A DNA stretch of 64,000 bases, from the NCBI GenBank assembly GCA_964270895.1, contig OZ185441.1, one strand, 5' to 3'. Every line of letters starts with the position of its first letter. Within the stretch, counting starts at the first letter, position 1. The notes beneath the pieces are model-generated. The model worked only from the letters and a program-made list of their open reading frames with translations. It did no database searches and was not told where the DNA came from. Source of the stretch: Podarcis filfolensis (lineage: Eukaryota). The position numbers and the translations under genes were made by a program. Positions 35,438 to 49,408 of the stretch are shown one piece after another.

Positions 35438-37659
35438 CTAGATGTTCTTTAGGCGATTCTTATTTTACAATTATGTTATGCATTAAATTAAATTTTTTAA
35501 AATTATTTTTGCAAGAAGACCTTAATAATGTGCCTGGAAGAAAGTACATAACAATTAAATTAATGAACACAGAGAACATGTTAATTTTTTCACATTTGCA
35601 TTGCATTGTCTTGCATTTGTAATGACAACAGTTCAACCAGGACTCCACTCAAAAAATACCTAGTTGCTACTAGAATCCAATGTACTGGTATGAAAAGTTT
35701 TAGTGAGGCTGGGGCAAATGGAAAATAATATTCTATCTCCCAGTTGTTTGCTACATTCAGCTTCTGAAGGTTATTACCCTGTGGTCACAACAGTACAAAG
35801 CCCAAAGTTGTTTAAAATGCTTTCAAAATAAAGTATTCTAAAATATAGATGGAAAACCTGTGGCCCTTCAGGAGTTGCTGGACTCCCATCAGACCAAGTG
35901 AGCATGGCCATGGTGATGGAAATTTCCAAAATATGTAGCTCCAAATGCAAGTACTTGGCTCTTTTGAAACTCTGGTTTGCTGTTTTCAGTTGGACATTAG
36001 TTTAAGCACTGTGAGAGTGAAATACTCACTTGTTATTGACAATGCATACTATTCTCTAGGATATTGTGGAATAAGCAGTAAAGTTGAGATGAATCCAAAC
36101 TATAAAAAGCTCATGGTGTGCCCTCAAATGCCAATTACAAGCAGCTACGCCGATCTCTCGCCAATTTGAAATGTCCCTCAGGGATGCCAATTAGTGGTGG
36201 TTCTGATGTGGACATTTACAAACTCCTTATTAAGGCATGCTGTTTCTCAGTAGGTTAACAAGGAATTGAGATTTAGACTCCACTGGGAACACCAAAAAAC
36301 ACCCACGGAATGAGAAGTGTGTGGTTTCCAAAATTCTACTTCAATATCCACATGTTAGAAGAAGCTCAAGAGTGAACATTGTTTTCAGTACTGAGATCAA
36401 TATTGTAAATGTACAAAACGTATTTACAATTATTTAAATCTTCACACGTTGCCATCCATGAGCAGAGCTAAATGTATTGACTGAATCCAACTGCAGAATT
36501 AAAATGATGCAGTGTTCATGACATCAACCAAAGTTTAGAGGCAACTGACATGACCCTGGCAGCCCCAAGCAGTAACAGTTTGAAATGAGTCCATTGTCTT
36601 TCAGTGTTCAGTTGGAACTTCCATTTTCTGAGCAGCTGAAACTGAGCATTCATTTCACTGTCTTCGGTGCATTACCACTGAACATGGCCTTAATGCAAAG
36701 AAGACTGGTAGTATTAATACTGTGGTATGAACCTAAACATTGTTTTATCCCAGAATCTAGCTGGATTTTACCTCTGGCAATGGGGTAGCACCCTTTACTG
36801 CATACAAGGACAACAGGGTACCTTGAATGGCACAGGGCAGGCCATACGGCCATGGAAAATAGTCACTCTAGTTTCAAAGAGGAAGCATTTCAGAATGCAC
36901 TTCCTTACTTTTTTCTACAGACCGCACAGTACCATTCACTTCTGAGGAATAAAGAGGAACATCTGGGGATATCATATGGGTGAAAAGTTAGTACTGTCCT
37001 CATCACTTGACACTGGCTAGCCTGGCCTCTGTTGACACTGATCCCTGTCTGCGTTTGGGCATACAAAATATATTTTTGTCCACAGAGAACACAAAAACAT
37101 TACACTTTCATCTTCAGAGATCTGCACATTCTGCAATAGCCGTTTTTTTCTTTTAAAAAATATACAGTTGAGCATAATAGCTCTTGAAACTTTTGTACAT
37201 TTTACAATGGTGGAGAAAACTTCTTTGAAATGAACAACCCTGACTTTATCCTGCAGAGAGAAGGGAAGTATGACAGTGGTGACATTTTAAAGCCCAGCAG
37301 TCTTTTTTCCCACCAAAAGAAGCCCCCCCCAAGGATTCTCCCATGTGTTCCATAATGACTGAACTTCTTAGCCAATTTGTTTCATTTTCTTGCTTCATAC
37401 TGGCTTCCTTTAACATTGTGTGAGTGCATAAAAAAGATTAGCAGTGCTGGCACTGAATCAGTGTCATGAACTGATAAAAGCTAATCTACATCCTATGCTC
37501 ATCAAAAAGGCTCTATCACATTGTGGCTTGGGTAACTGCCCAATGATGATTACGAACAAATTTTCAGCTTTATGGAATTTACCCAGAACATTGGACTCGT
37601 GTTCAAAACTAGTATTTCAAATACTATTTACTCTTATACTTGTTCTGCCAGTATTGTCT

Positions 37660-37790
37660 ACTCTGGCAGGCAGTGGCTTTCTAAAGCCTCAGACAGAGAG
37701 CTTTCTCAGTGCTGTTTTCAGTGAAGCTTTTTGACTATGCCAGGGGTTGAACATTGGACCTTCTGCATGCAAACCTTGCTGTGCCCTAGC
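37660..37790 (-). mobile_element. Squam3-like SINE fragment
   Basis: CTGGCAGGCAGTGGCTTTC..CCAGGGGTTGAACATTGGACCTTCTGCATGCAAA. Confidence 0.5.
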
Positions 37791-40341
37791 AATAAGCTAT
37801 GGGCATTACACATTTCTATGATTCCATTCCCATCACCATTACTCTGTGGCTCAAACTTCTGCCACTTCAGTGAAGCCAGGGGGCTGTTCAGGAATCAAGG
37901 TGCTCCAGATAGCAGTGGAGCTGTCCAGCAGATGATTCACCACGAAAAATCTGAAGTAATGCTTCATCAACAGCTAGCCCCAAACTCAAGAACTATCTAG
38001 CCATCTCTGCTGTCTCATCCCTTACAGATAAGGGCCCTGAGGCAAAGTACAAGAGGAATATGGCTTTCTCATCATGGCCAGAGCTTGGGGACATTCAGTC
38101 CTCTGGTGTCATGGTCTGGCTGGACGCAGAGGAGCGGTGGGAGGCACCAGCAAGGGACGAAGGACTGGTGGTGGGATGACAATGAGTGGTCCAATTTACA
38201 CTGTCCCATAATAATCTCCATCTGACATTCTATTTTCATGATCTTAGGCTTGTTGATTATCGCTTCAAGTGGGCATTAGGAAAAGGAAAAAATGTCTTTA
38301 TAAGGGAGGTAACTTTTGCATTGGTCAAACACCTCAGACAGGTGATTTCCAGCATGAAGGAAAGAGTGATAATTACTTGGAGATCCACCTTCTGTAATTA
38401 TTCCAAATGCTTGCTGTGTGTGGTATTATTCTATCAGTTTGTCCTAGTGGCAGCAGGTAAGCCTTTTTTTTTATCAGCAGCTATGCGTCAAAAAGGTAGT
38501 TTTGTCACAACCATGTATGCTGCCTGAAATCATTGCCCTCAAACTATGCAAAATCAGTATTGCCTCTCCAAATTCTAATTAACAGATCAACACATGCTAC
38601 ATGACATACAACACTTCCTTCAGGACATCTTCATCACATTTAGATATGCAGCAGAAGGCAGTTGTTACTTTCTCAGTTGGAAAACAACCACATACTGACA
38701 AATAGGAGGTGCAACTTATTAACAGAAAATGCTTAGCACAATAGCCTTTGCATGGAGCAGAATTAAACTGAAATGAGCTTATCGGTCAAGTGGATAATTA
38801 TATGTAATTATTGTAAAACGTGTCTGGTGCTGGCTAATTTCCTCTTCCGGATAGATTTCCTCCAGTAGATTTGTAGGAGTATATTGTGCACTGGCCCACA
38901 AAATAAAACCTGCCTGCACATGCTTTAGACAACTGAACTTCATATTCATGAACGTATTGTGAATGATCACAACAGTAGTTTCTTTATATACACATAAATA
39001 CTCCTTTACAGACACAAGCTAAAATCTTTTTACTTTAGCCTAAATTCCAAAAACTTCAGTAGAACACATATGCACGTATATGTGCTTTGCAATCCATACT
39101 CATCAAATGTAAGGGGGGTTGAAGCATATACTTGAATTTATGCATTTATCTTAGCAATCACAGATTAATTGAAAGTGCTCTGGTTGGGAGAATCCTTGAG
39201 ATTTATTGTAATCATCACCATTATTATTCATTAATGTATACAAGCACGGCTAGATGGGAAATAATAGTGCTTCATGCTGGTAAAACTAATACTAAAGAGA
39301 TGACAAGATACATGTGATGAGCTAAGGCAGAGAAAATGAGGTGAGTGAAAGATGAAAATAATGGTATTCAACAGAGAGGAATGGTTGTTTTGCCATAAGA
39401 AACAGCCAGATAAATAACACAGAAGGGTAATATTGTAAAATGTTGGAAAGAAGGGATCAAGAGTTTGTTTTGGTGCAAAAGTACAAAGAAAATAATGAAA
39501 GCAACCGACCTACCAGGCAGCTCAAATGTGTCTGCATGGTAGTAAGTCCTATTTAGATCAATGGGATTTACATTTGACTAGACATCACTTCTCGCAGTGA
39601 GGGAACCGCCAGAAGGCCCTCAGTGCTGGATGCCAGTGTTTGGGCTCAAGCATATGAGGAGACAACCTCCCTACAGTCGCACCATGAAACTACGTACGAC
39701 TGTTCACTCTTCCTCCATTCAAGGCATCCATCCAAAAAAAGATATCTGCCAGCTTACTCCCTTAATTAAAGGAACACTGGTCCTCCTGCATGCACAAGGC
39801 CATAAGGATCTAAACTGCACACCTAGAAACAAAGAAAGCAGAACTTAGCTGCAATTTAAACCCACTATTATAAAACTGCAAAACTTCATAAGCCTCTGAA
39901 GCATCAACAGGTAGAGAGAGAATGAACGACTGAATGAATGCAATATTTATAGAACAGGCTGTAATAAAAGCAGCTGTTAAGTGCTGTATATTTACAACTC
40001 ATGTATGTCACCACACAAGAAACATTTCTATGGGCAAACAGAACAGTTGCTCTGTTGGTAAATGGAACTGTGTGGAACAATTAAAGCTCTGGCTTTTCAA
40101 AATGTGTTTTCATATGCATTGCCTCAGAAAGTGTCAAATTATTTTAGTAATCCTGAAATAAAACATGACACGGTTTTGACACTGTTTATTCCATAGTATG
40201 TACAGTAACTTCTTTTGCAGACGAGAATTCATTTTATATAACCCTGCTGCTGGAATGAACTGGAAACTGAAAGTCATGAGAGGAATAAATTTGACGTTTT
40301 TAAAAAAAGAAATAAAAATGGGGATGGATCTTGGCACTGAG

Positions 40342-40525
40342 ATAGGAACATTGAATGCTGCCTTATCCTGAGTCAGACCCCCAGTCAATACAATAGCTCA
40401 ATACTTTCTACAATCACCAGCAATTACTTTCCAGAATTGGAGAAAGGTTCTTGCAGCCTACCTGGAAATGCCTGGGATTGAACCTAGAACCTTCTACGTG
40501 CAAAGCAGATGCTCTATTACTAAAG
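40342..40525 (-). mobile_element. Squam3-like SINE
   Basis: ATAGGAACA..GCTGCCTTATCCTGAGTCAGACC..GCCTACCTGGAAATGCCTGGGATTGAACCTAGAACCTTCTACGTGCAAAGCAGATGCTCTA. Confidence 0.6.
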
Positions 40526-42559
40526 CAGATACTCTGGTCCTTCTCTGTATTATGAACACAATAAGCGCCCTTCTGGATGAAGCTAAGGACCCATCTCATC
40601 CAGCAACTTGTCTTCACAGCGACTACCAGATGCCTATGAGAAACCTGCAAATAAGATCTGAATACAACAGCAGTCTCTCACCTATGATTCCCATCAACTG
40701 GTATTCAAAGGTGTTAAATGAGAGACTGGGCTTTCCTGTTCATGGCCTCCAAATTATGGAATCCCCCCCCAAGCCCACTCCAAGGATTATTCCTTTTCTT
40801 AGAGCATATGAGAAGATAGCCTCATTTACAGTAGCCATAAACTGACCAGGCCATGTCCTAGGAGCCGAGTAAAAATGCCCAAAGGGTGAATGTATTTCAT
40901 TCTCCACAGGGCAAAAAGTACCAAATTAGTGTTTTTTTTCTAAATAAGTAAGAAGTTTGCATGAAATATAAAAAGGACACAATGCTCCCAAAGTGAGCGT
41001 TACTCACAACTTGCTACAGCTACTTTGATCACATCAAAAAATCTGAAAAATAGTCATATTCTTCACTCTAGCATGGCCTTCTTGTCTACCTTAGTTACAA
41101 CTCCTACAACCTCCTACAACTGTTGGTTACTACTCAGATATTGGAAGCAGGAGAAAAAATACAAAAGCACATTATTCCAATGTGTTTTGGACCCTGCTGG
41201 TCCTTCTTTAGGAAATTCAGGTAAATAATGATTTAACATTTATGTTTGCTGTTGCCTTTTTTCTTACTAAGAAAGCTACACAGTGTGGTTGCTTGACTAT
41301 TCAACTCTGGGCAGTGAAATGTGAAGAATACTCATGGGGAAAGAGATAAGCATCATATGCATGTGCATACACATATTAGGAAAGACTGAGCATGACATAG
41401 AATCAAACCGTATTCAAAAGACAGTCAAACAGCAGTATTTTGCATCTGCCACCAACTTAGCCTAATACAGAGCAACATCTTTCATTATTATTCAAGCCTA
41501 AACAGAATTTTCTTAAATCTGAGATTTGGGTGCAATTTGGAAAGCCAGAAAGCTAAAAGGATGGAGCACAATGCCTATTTGATTCACCTACCACCCAGTA
41601 TTTTACAGAAGAACCATTATTATCCTGATGTGATTCCGTAAATATTGGGACTAATATACTGCTAGGGCAACACAGTACACTTACAAAGAGTGCTGAAGAC
41701 AGACTCTCACAAAAGCTCAGTAATCAACATGCATTATTTTAGTTCCCTGGTTTATTTTGCCCATTTTATTTTGCTCTCAATGTACTAAATGTGACATTCC
41801 AAATTATCAATTTGACTGGCACATCATCAGGACACTGCAGAAGCATATTTCTTTTCTGCAGGATTCACTCTTGTTATTCTTTCGCTTAATACCAACGTTG
41901 TTCATGCTGTCATCAAAATGACTGCTTTTACTAAGAATTAAGGCACATAAAGAAGCCAGTCAATAAATGCCGCAGTGGAAATAATGAATGTGGCTATGGA
42001 CCAATGAAAAAATGTGGAAATGCAAAAAAAAAAAAAAACCCACAAAAACTAGATGGCATTCAATGAAGTTCAAAAGAAATACATTTCTACAAAATGGTGT
42101 GCACAATTAACCGCCAATGTTCCAGGATAATGAAAGCATCATTACATTTCGAAGGAAGAATTTATTCACCTTATCCAGAATCCTTTGAAGCTGGACAAAT
42201 AAATCCTCCTTCACTGCATCACAGCAATATGCCTGACACTTCTAAGCAATAAAAAATTAAAGAAAAGCTTAACACAGTTTCTTTTATATAATAAAAACAA
42301 TAACAACTTGTATCCTGCTTTTGTTAGGACCAAAATGAACTCAGCAAGGTAAACATAAAGGTTGCAATCCTATACACATCTACCCAGAAGGAAGTCTAAT
42401 TGAATTTAGCCAAGTTTACTTCCAAATAAGTGGGTGCAGATATTCACTTTAAGACATAATTCTGTTATTTTGGATTTAGACAAAAGTGTTCTTTAAATGC
42501 AACCCATATTAAATGCTTATTTTATAACCAATGCAAAATGATATAATAAAAGTCAATAA

Positions 42560-44237
42560 CCCCTTCATGGATCACTGCCTTGCCGTGGCGAAGGGGCTTG
42601 AATAACTCAGAGAAGCTATGAGCTATGCCGTGCAGGGCCACCCAAGATGGACAGGTCATAGTGGAGAGTTTTGACCAAACGTGATCCACCTGGAGCAGGA
42701 ACCGGCAAGCCACTCCAGTATCCCTGCCAAGAAAACTCCATGGACAAAGACAACAGGCATATAAAAGTTATGATGCCGGAAGATGAGCCCCTCAGGTCGA
42801 AAGGTGTCCAACATGCTACTGAGGAAGAGCGGAGGACAAGTACTTCAGAGCTGATGAAGTGGCTGGGCCAAAGCCGAAAGGACGCTCAGTTGCAGATATG
42901 CCTGGAAGCGAAAGGAAAGTCCAATGCTGTAAAGAAAAATATTGCATAGGAACCTGGAATGTAAGAACCATGAACCTTGGTAAGTTGGATGTGGTCAAAA
43001 ATGAGATGGCAAGAATAAATATTGACATCCTGGGCATCAGTGAACTAAAATGGACGGGAATGGGCGAATTCAGTTCGGATGACCATCACATTTACTACTG
43101 TGGTCAAGAAACCCGTAAAAGAAATGGAGTGGCCCTCATAGTCAACAAAAGAGTGACGAAAGCTGTACTGGGATGTAATCTCAAAAATGATAGAATGATC
43201 TCGATATGAATCCAAGGCAAATCCCTTATGAATACACAGTGGAAGTGAGGAACAGGTTTAAGGATTTAGATTTGGTGGACAGAGTGCCTGAAGAACTATG
43301 GATGGAGGCTTGTAACATTATACAAGAGGCAGCAACTAAAACCATCCCAATGAAAAGGAAATGCAAGAAAGCAAAGTGGCTGTCCAGCGAGGCCTTACAA
43401 ATAGCGGGGGAGAGAAGGCAAGCAAAATGTGAGGGAGATAGTGAAAGATACAGGAAATTGAATGCAGATTTCCAAAAAATAGCAAGGAGAGACAAGAAGG
43501 CCTTCTTAAACGAGCAGTGCAAAGAAATAGAGGAAAACAATAGAATAGGAAAAACCAGAGATCTGTTCAAGAAAATTGGAGATATGAAAGGAACATTTCG
43601 TACAAAGATTTCCATAATAAAAGACAAAAGTGGAAAGGACATAACAGAAGCAGAAGACATCAAGAAGAGGTGGCAAGAATACACAGAGGAACTATACCAG
43701 AAAGAAATGGATGTCTCGTATACCCCAGGTAGTGGGGTTGCTGACCTTGAGCCAGACATCCTGGAGAGTGAAGTCAAATGGGCCTTAGAAAGCATTGCTA
43801 ATAACAAGGCCAGTGGAAGTGATGATATTCCAGCTGAACTATTTAAAATTTTAAAAGATGATGCTGTTAAGATGCTACACTCAATATGCCAGCAGATTTG
43901 GAAAACTCAGCAGTGGCCAGAGGATTGGAGAAGAACAGTCTACATCCCAATCCCAAAGAAGGGCAGTGCCAAAGAATGCTCCAACTACCGCACAATTGCA
44001 CTCATTTCACACACTAGCAAGGTTATGCTTAAAATTCTACAAGGCAGGCTTAAGCAGTATGTGGACCAAGAACTCCCAGAAGTGCAAGCTGGATTTAGAA
44101 GAGGCAGAGGAACCAGAGACCAAATTGCAAACATGCGCTGGATTATGGAGAAAGCTAGAGAGTTCCAGAAAGACATCTACTTCTGCTTCATTGACTATGC
44201 AAAAGCCTTTGACTGTGTCGACCACAGTAAACTATGG
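42560..44237 (+). mobile_element. RTE-BovB LINE, 5'-complete, with a 503-bp endonuclease deletion and no 3' end
   Basis: Colinear with 20822-22772 apart from the deletion at 43219/43220. RT is readable to CFIDYAKAFDCVDHSKLW, then unrelated sequence follows. No (CAA)n tail. Confidence 0.92.
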
Positions 44238-47200
44238 GACAGGCAACAGTCTAGAAAGCAAGCCGCATTGGGAAGCAAGTTGTGGCTTTCAATCAGCCAG
44301 CGCTTTCCCTTCAGCAAGATATAAAGTGCCCCTGCCCTCCTGTAGCTTTGCCAAAACAGCTCATTAATTGGTTTCCAAGAGACTGCCCCCTCCCTATCTC
44401 TTCCTGGGGCAGAGACTGAACTGCAGGTGTTACAGGAGGTTGTTTAAAGTCCAAATGCCTCTGAAAAGTGTGAGAAGAGAGAATGTTCTTCTTGATTTTG
44501 CTTATTTTCTATAAAACTCTGATGTCCTTTGGAGAAGGGAAGAGGTGGCAGGCAATTAATGCCTTTTGGGTCTGTTTAGAAGAGAGATGTGGAAAGAAAC
44601 ATCTTCTTTGATCTGAGAACAAAAGATGGGAATGGCCATTTCTCTCCACATTTACTCTGCTTGCATATTTCTTTATTTTATTTTAATTGTATTTATTCTT
44701 TAAACAAAGAACCTGGAGCAATGCATATGTCTTCAGACCATTCCCATCCAAAGGAAGGTAAACCGTGGGGCCTCACCCTTACAATTTTTCACATGAGAAG
44801 AATATAACTACCATATTTATGGCACTAACTTTCTGGTGTCAGCTAGTAAGCACTGTAACACAGCAACATCTGGTAAGGAATGAACTCAAATTGTATGATT
44901 AGTGAAAAATGTTTCCCAATGAATGTATATTTATTAGTGTATTTATTAACCAACTTTTAATAAATATTTATTTATTAATCATCCTATGAAACTAGGGTGC
45001 CCAAGCCATTTTCACTCAATAGCTGCTGCTCATTCAATGAAAGTGCATGGAAATCTGCCGTCCTCTAGCAATGGGCTGTTAGACCAGAGTGTGCCTCACA
45101 CCAAATGTAAATGAATATTATGGTACAATTGTCACATAGGAGATAAGGCACTTGGGATAAATTTCATATTTAGAGGTTCAAGAGGTTCTAGGAGAAATTT
45201 AAAAAATAACAACAACCCAGAAATGATGTGTTCCCTTTATCCATTGCCGTTACTCATTCAGAAGGAGAAATTGCCAGAGTAAAGAACAAAAAATGCAATG
45301 TCCATGTTGGATAAAATTGTTAGCTACTCAGGGACAATTTTCAGTTCCTCCCTCCCAATTAAAGTTAAGTTGTTCTGACCAATTTAAAAATGGCTTCGGG
45401 GGGGGGGGTGACAGCAATCCTCTCTCAAGCAAGGATCTCCCTTCCATTTGGGTCAAGTGTCAGTTCCAATGACTCAACCATTTGTCTGCCTCAAGAAAAT
45501 CTGTTGCAGCTGTTGAGTAATAATGGAAAGAGAACTTTAAATTGATCCCATATTAAACACAAAGGCATTTGGCTCTGAAAGCAGCAATGGTAACAATTAC
45601 ACATTTAGAAAGTTAACTCAGTTTTTCTTTGAAATATATATTGCAAACATTTAAATGGGGACATTAGTTTCGATATATCTTGGGAAGCATTAGTATGCAC
45701 GGTTTTTAAAAAAGTGGTATATAGTGAAAGTTATTCATCAATGACCTAGAACTTTTGTCACCAAGAATCCTTCCCACTTATGCAAAGGTTTATAGAACAA
45801 TATTTTTTTTTGTCCTTGAAATCCTGTGCCAACTTTGTTTCTGTGACTGTACTTGGTACATAAACATATAAGCAGTAAAAAGAGTTTTCAGCTCATCAAA
45901 GGCATCCTTTAAGAACATGCAAAGAAATGGCCTTGGAACCAAGAGTGGAACTATTAGCGCATCTGTTATCAGCATTCTGTTAAGAATTAGGGAGAACAAT
46001 ATACGGCCTTCTTCAGTCATTTTGTAATAGCTACAGAATGATTCATTTGTCACTGAAAGGTAGGATTGATATACCTGCCAGTTTTGTCAATCTTTCAAAT
46101 TCAAGACATCAAAGCATCTGGATGAGCATTGACTCCCTACAGAGATAGAACGATTTACGTTGAAAGAAACACAAGAGCAAAATAGAATGAACATGAATAA
46201 AATAAAGAAGTGAAAAGAAGAGAGGCCCAAGGATGCCAAACTTTCCCAACACTCCAAAGAGGAAGGGAAGTCTATCCTAAGACACAATTCAAGATGCTGG
46301 CATTGGAATGCACACTGTCCTACATTACATGGGTCTTGTGTACCTAAGAATACCATCTACTAAGAATACCCATTTTGATCTCTGAAATCAAAGGACTGGA
46401 AAATACCAGAAGGTCATTCTGGCCTATCATCTGACAAAGAATTGTGACATTTGCACAGGGACGTGTGCAAAAGTAAGTAAATTCACACTCTACACGTTAA
46501 ATACGGAGACAGATCTGTGTAGCAGCTTGATTTTATACTTCTAAAACATTTGTATTTTCCGCCTCACAATAGACCTTCATACACCTGAACCCTGCAAAGC
46601 ACCTGACAGAGCCTCGTTTGAACATATCCTACTTCCTCGCACATTCTTTCTTAAGACTGTGGCTAAATGCAGACTCTATCCATAGGTCCAACCGTGGCTA
46701 ATTGCTCCTCCCAGTTCCCCAGCTGGCTTGACAAAGACTTCTAGAGAACTAAAACGACAGCACACTATGTGGTAAATATTTCGGCTGGCCAAATAAAATG
46801 TATTCCCTTAATGCTGATTTTGGAATGTTTTTCAGTGTCTGAATCAAGGCCTTTAAAATGATATTGAATTGTGTAGAACACTGTCCAAGCAACTGCAGCT
46901 CCTCTCCAGAAGCAATTCGCATCACAAATCGATTGCAGCTTCCCATCCCTCATATGGCTAATCAAATAGCTGTGAACATAGCTTCTTCCACCAACAAGTG
47001 AATCCACTGCATCACAGTTGCAATGAGCAGAGTGCTTTGAATCACTCCACCCAGAAATAGTAGCATGCAGGGCAGTGACTCACCATGCAGATAGGACAAT
47101 TTTCTCCACAGAGAGCTGCTTCAGTCATAATGAATGCTCTAGCCACCTACAACTGGTCACTTACAAATGTAGAAAAGATAAAGACTAATGACTAAATCTT

Positions 47201-48772
47201 GTCTCAGTTATGCATCTAACCTACACAACTCTGCTGCAAGAAGTCAAATGGAGCAGCAGGCAAAAGCTATTTAAATGTTCTTGGATTTACAATTGAATGT
47301 GCAAAGATTTACAAAAGTGTACAAAATATACACTAGTAATGGCCATTACCTTTCCCATATTAGTTCCTCTGTGAGCAGATCATGCACAGCCATGAAAATA
47401 TTATTTCTTCCATAAGAGTGGAAAATCAAACATGGGTGTAAAATCGTCATCAAACCTTTTATTGGCATCACATACAAACATCCAAAACAAATCAATACAG
47501 GATTACCACTTCCCCAGTGGCACAAAACATTTGCTAAAAGAAAGGAGACAGAGCAGTCTATCGTCACATCTCTAGGTCTCCAGGGAGATCAGACGTCTGC
47601 AGTGTATTTCGACGACAAAAAACCAAATAGAGATATAAAATGGGTATAAAATGGAAGTCATGTGGATAAGAAGAAAAGGTAAGGATAATAACTATTCGGA
47701 ATCAAGCTGATATTTTGTGGGAAGATGATTCTGGCTTTACAGTATCAGCTTCCTCATTTATTTCTTCTCCACTCTCGTGGAGTTTTTAACATCTTAGTGA
47801 ATAGCATGCTTTCCCAGAGGTTTTCCAGCTCTTTGATATTGAGAAATTAAATATTAGCCTCCACATTCAAAAGGGTTGCCCTTTATTCTGTAACAAGCAC
47901 AGAAAATCATTTGTGTCATACCAATCTGAATCAAAATAAAGACTTGGAAGAGCCTAAAAAGGCAGGAGTCAGTGCATATGCAAGGCAATAATTAGGTTGT
48001 ATTCTAGAAGATGGGATTCGTGTTACTGTGTCTTACTTCAATGGAAATACTGGTAGGAAGCCAGCACTAGAATGGCAGCTGATCTTCAGGCCTTCAGCTT
48101 GAATTTACAAACGGGCAACTGAGAACACATTGTGGAGCCCTGGGCCCTCAATACTACTGCATGCTTTAGGTACATTCTCCTGTCAATGTGTGAATGGCAT
48201 TAGTCTGCCTTACTCATGCATGGAAATCCGGACATGAGGATGGGAACTTTCGCTGATACTATACATGAGTAAGACTGCCTCCTTCAGACTACTGCTGATG
48301 ACCCCTCTGGCTGGCTAATGTGTACTGCATTGTGTATAAACAACCTCGCATACATCCAGGCAGCAGAGAGCAGGGTTGTGACTAATAGATAGTCAGGGAA
48401 GATATACTTTGAACAATGGGACAGAGAGGCAGCTAGAAGCAATTCAGAAGTATGAATTTTAGAGGCAGATCATGCTCTGAGTTGCTGAAGCATCACTGGG
48501 GTACAGCTCATGATGGGGGAGAAATTTGATTCATTTTGCATTTAAATGGAAACCTACAAAATTCACAATTTCCAAAACAATATTTTTTAAAAAAAATCTG
48601 ATGTCGAAATCTGATGTCGAAAATCTTATGTGGATAACTGAACTTAAGATTGGAAAGATGATAAATTAAGAGAAAGTGAAACTGACAGATTCTCCTGTTC
48701 CCAGGTGCGGCTGCTAATAAGTGAATCCCTATGTATGTGATGGGTTACAGGTATTGGCCCAGGCAGGATATA

Positions 48773-49408
48773 GGGACACAGGTGGTGCTGTGGTCTAAAC
48801 CACTGAGCCTCTTAGGCTTGCTGATCAGAAGGCTGGCAGTTCGAATTCCCATGATGGGGTGAGCTCCCGTTGCTCTGTCCCAGCTCCTGCCAACCTAGCA
48901 GTTCGAAAGCACACCAGTAGATAAATAGGTACCGTTGTGGCAGGTAGTTAAACAGCATTTTCATGCACTCTGGTTTCTGTCACGGTGTTCCATTGCATCA
49001 GAAGCAGTTTAGCCATGCTGGCCACATGACCCGGAAAGCTGTCTGTGGACAAACGTTGACTCCTTTGGACTGAAAGTGAGATGGGAGCCACCAGCTCCGG
49101 CACCGGGAGCGGTGTACATCCAGGGGCATGGCTGGCATGCGTCCCAGGGGCCGTGGCATGCATCAAGGGTGCGCAGCAAGCGGTGAGCTTCCCAGGGCAT
49201 GCGCAGCGAGCAGCGAGCATCCTGGGGGTGCGTGGCAAGCACTGAGCGTCCTGGGGTGGGGCCAGCCATGATGTCACACAGACACCCAGATGGCACCTGG
49301 GGCGGACCGCTCACCCCACCCTCATCTTCGTCCACCAGTGAGCGCCGCAATCCCATAGTCACCTTTGACTCGACTTAACCGTCCAGGGGTCCTTTATCTT
49401 TACCTTTT
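48773..49408 (+). mobile_element. Sauria SINE with a GC-rich insertion of about 255 bp (49084-49340)
   Basis: Sauria head, core and (ACCTTT)-type tail. The GTGAGATGAGCGC motif is split by unrelated GC-rich sequence. Confidence 0.75.

Noticed and set aside
45790-47007. Cluster of minus-strand ORFs of 65-89 aa
   Set aside because: No recognisable domain, and I could not link them by consistent splice sites and phases.
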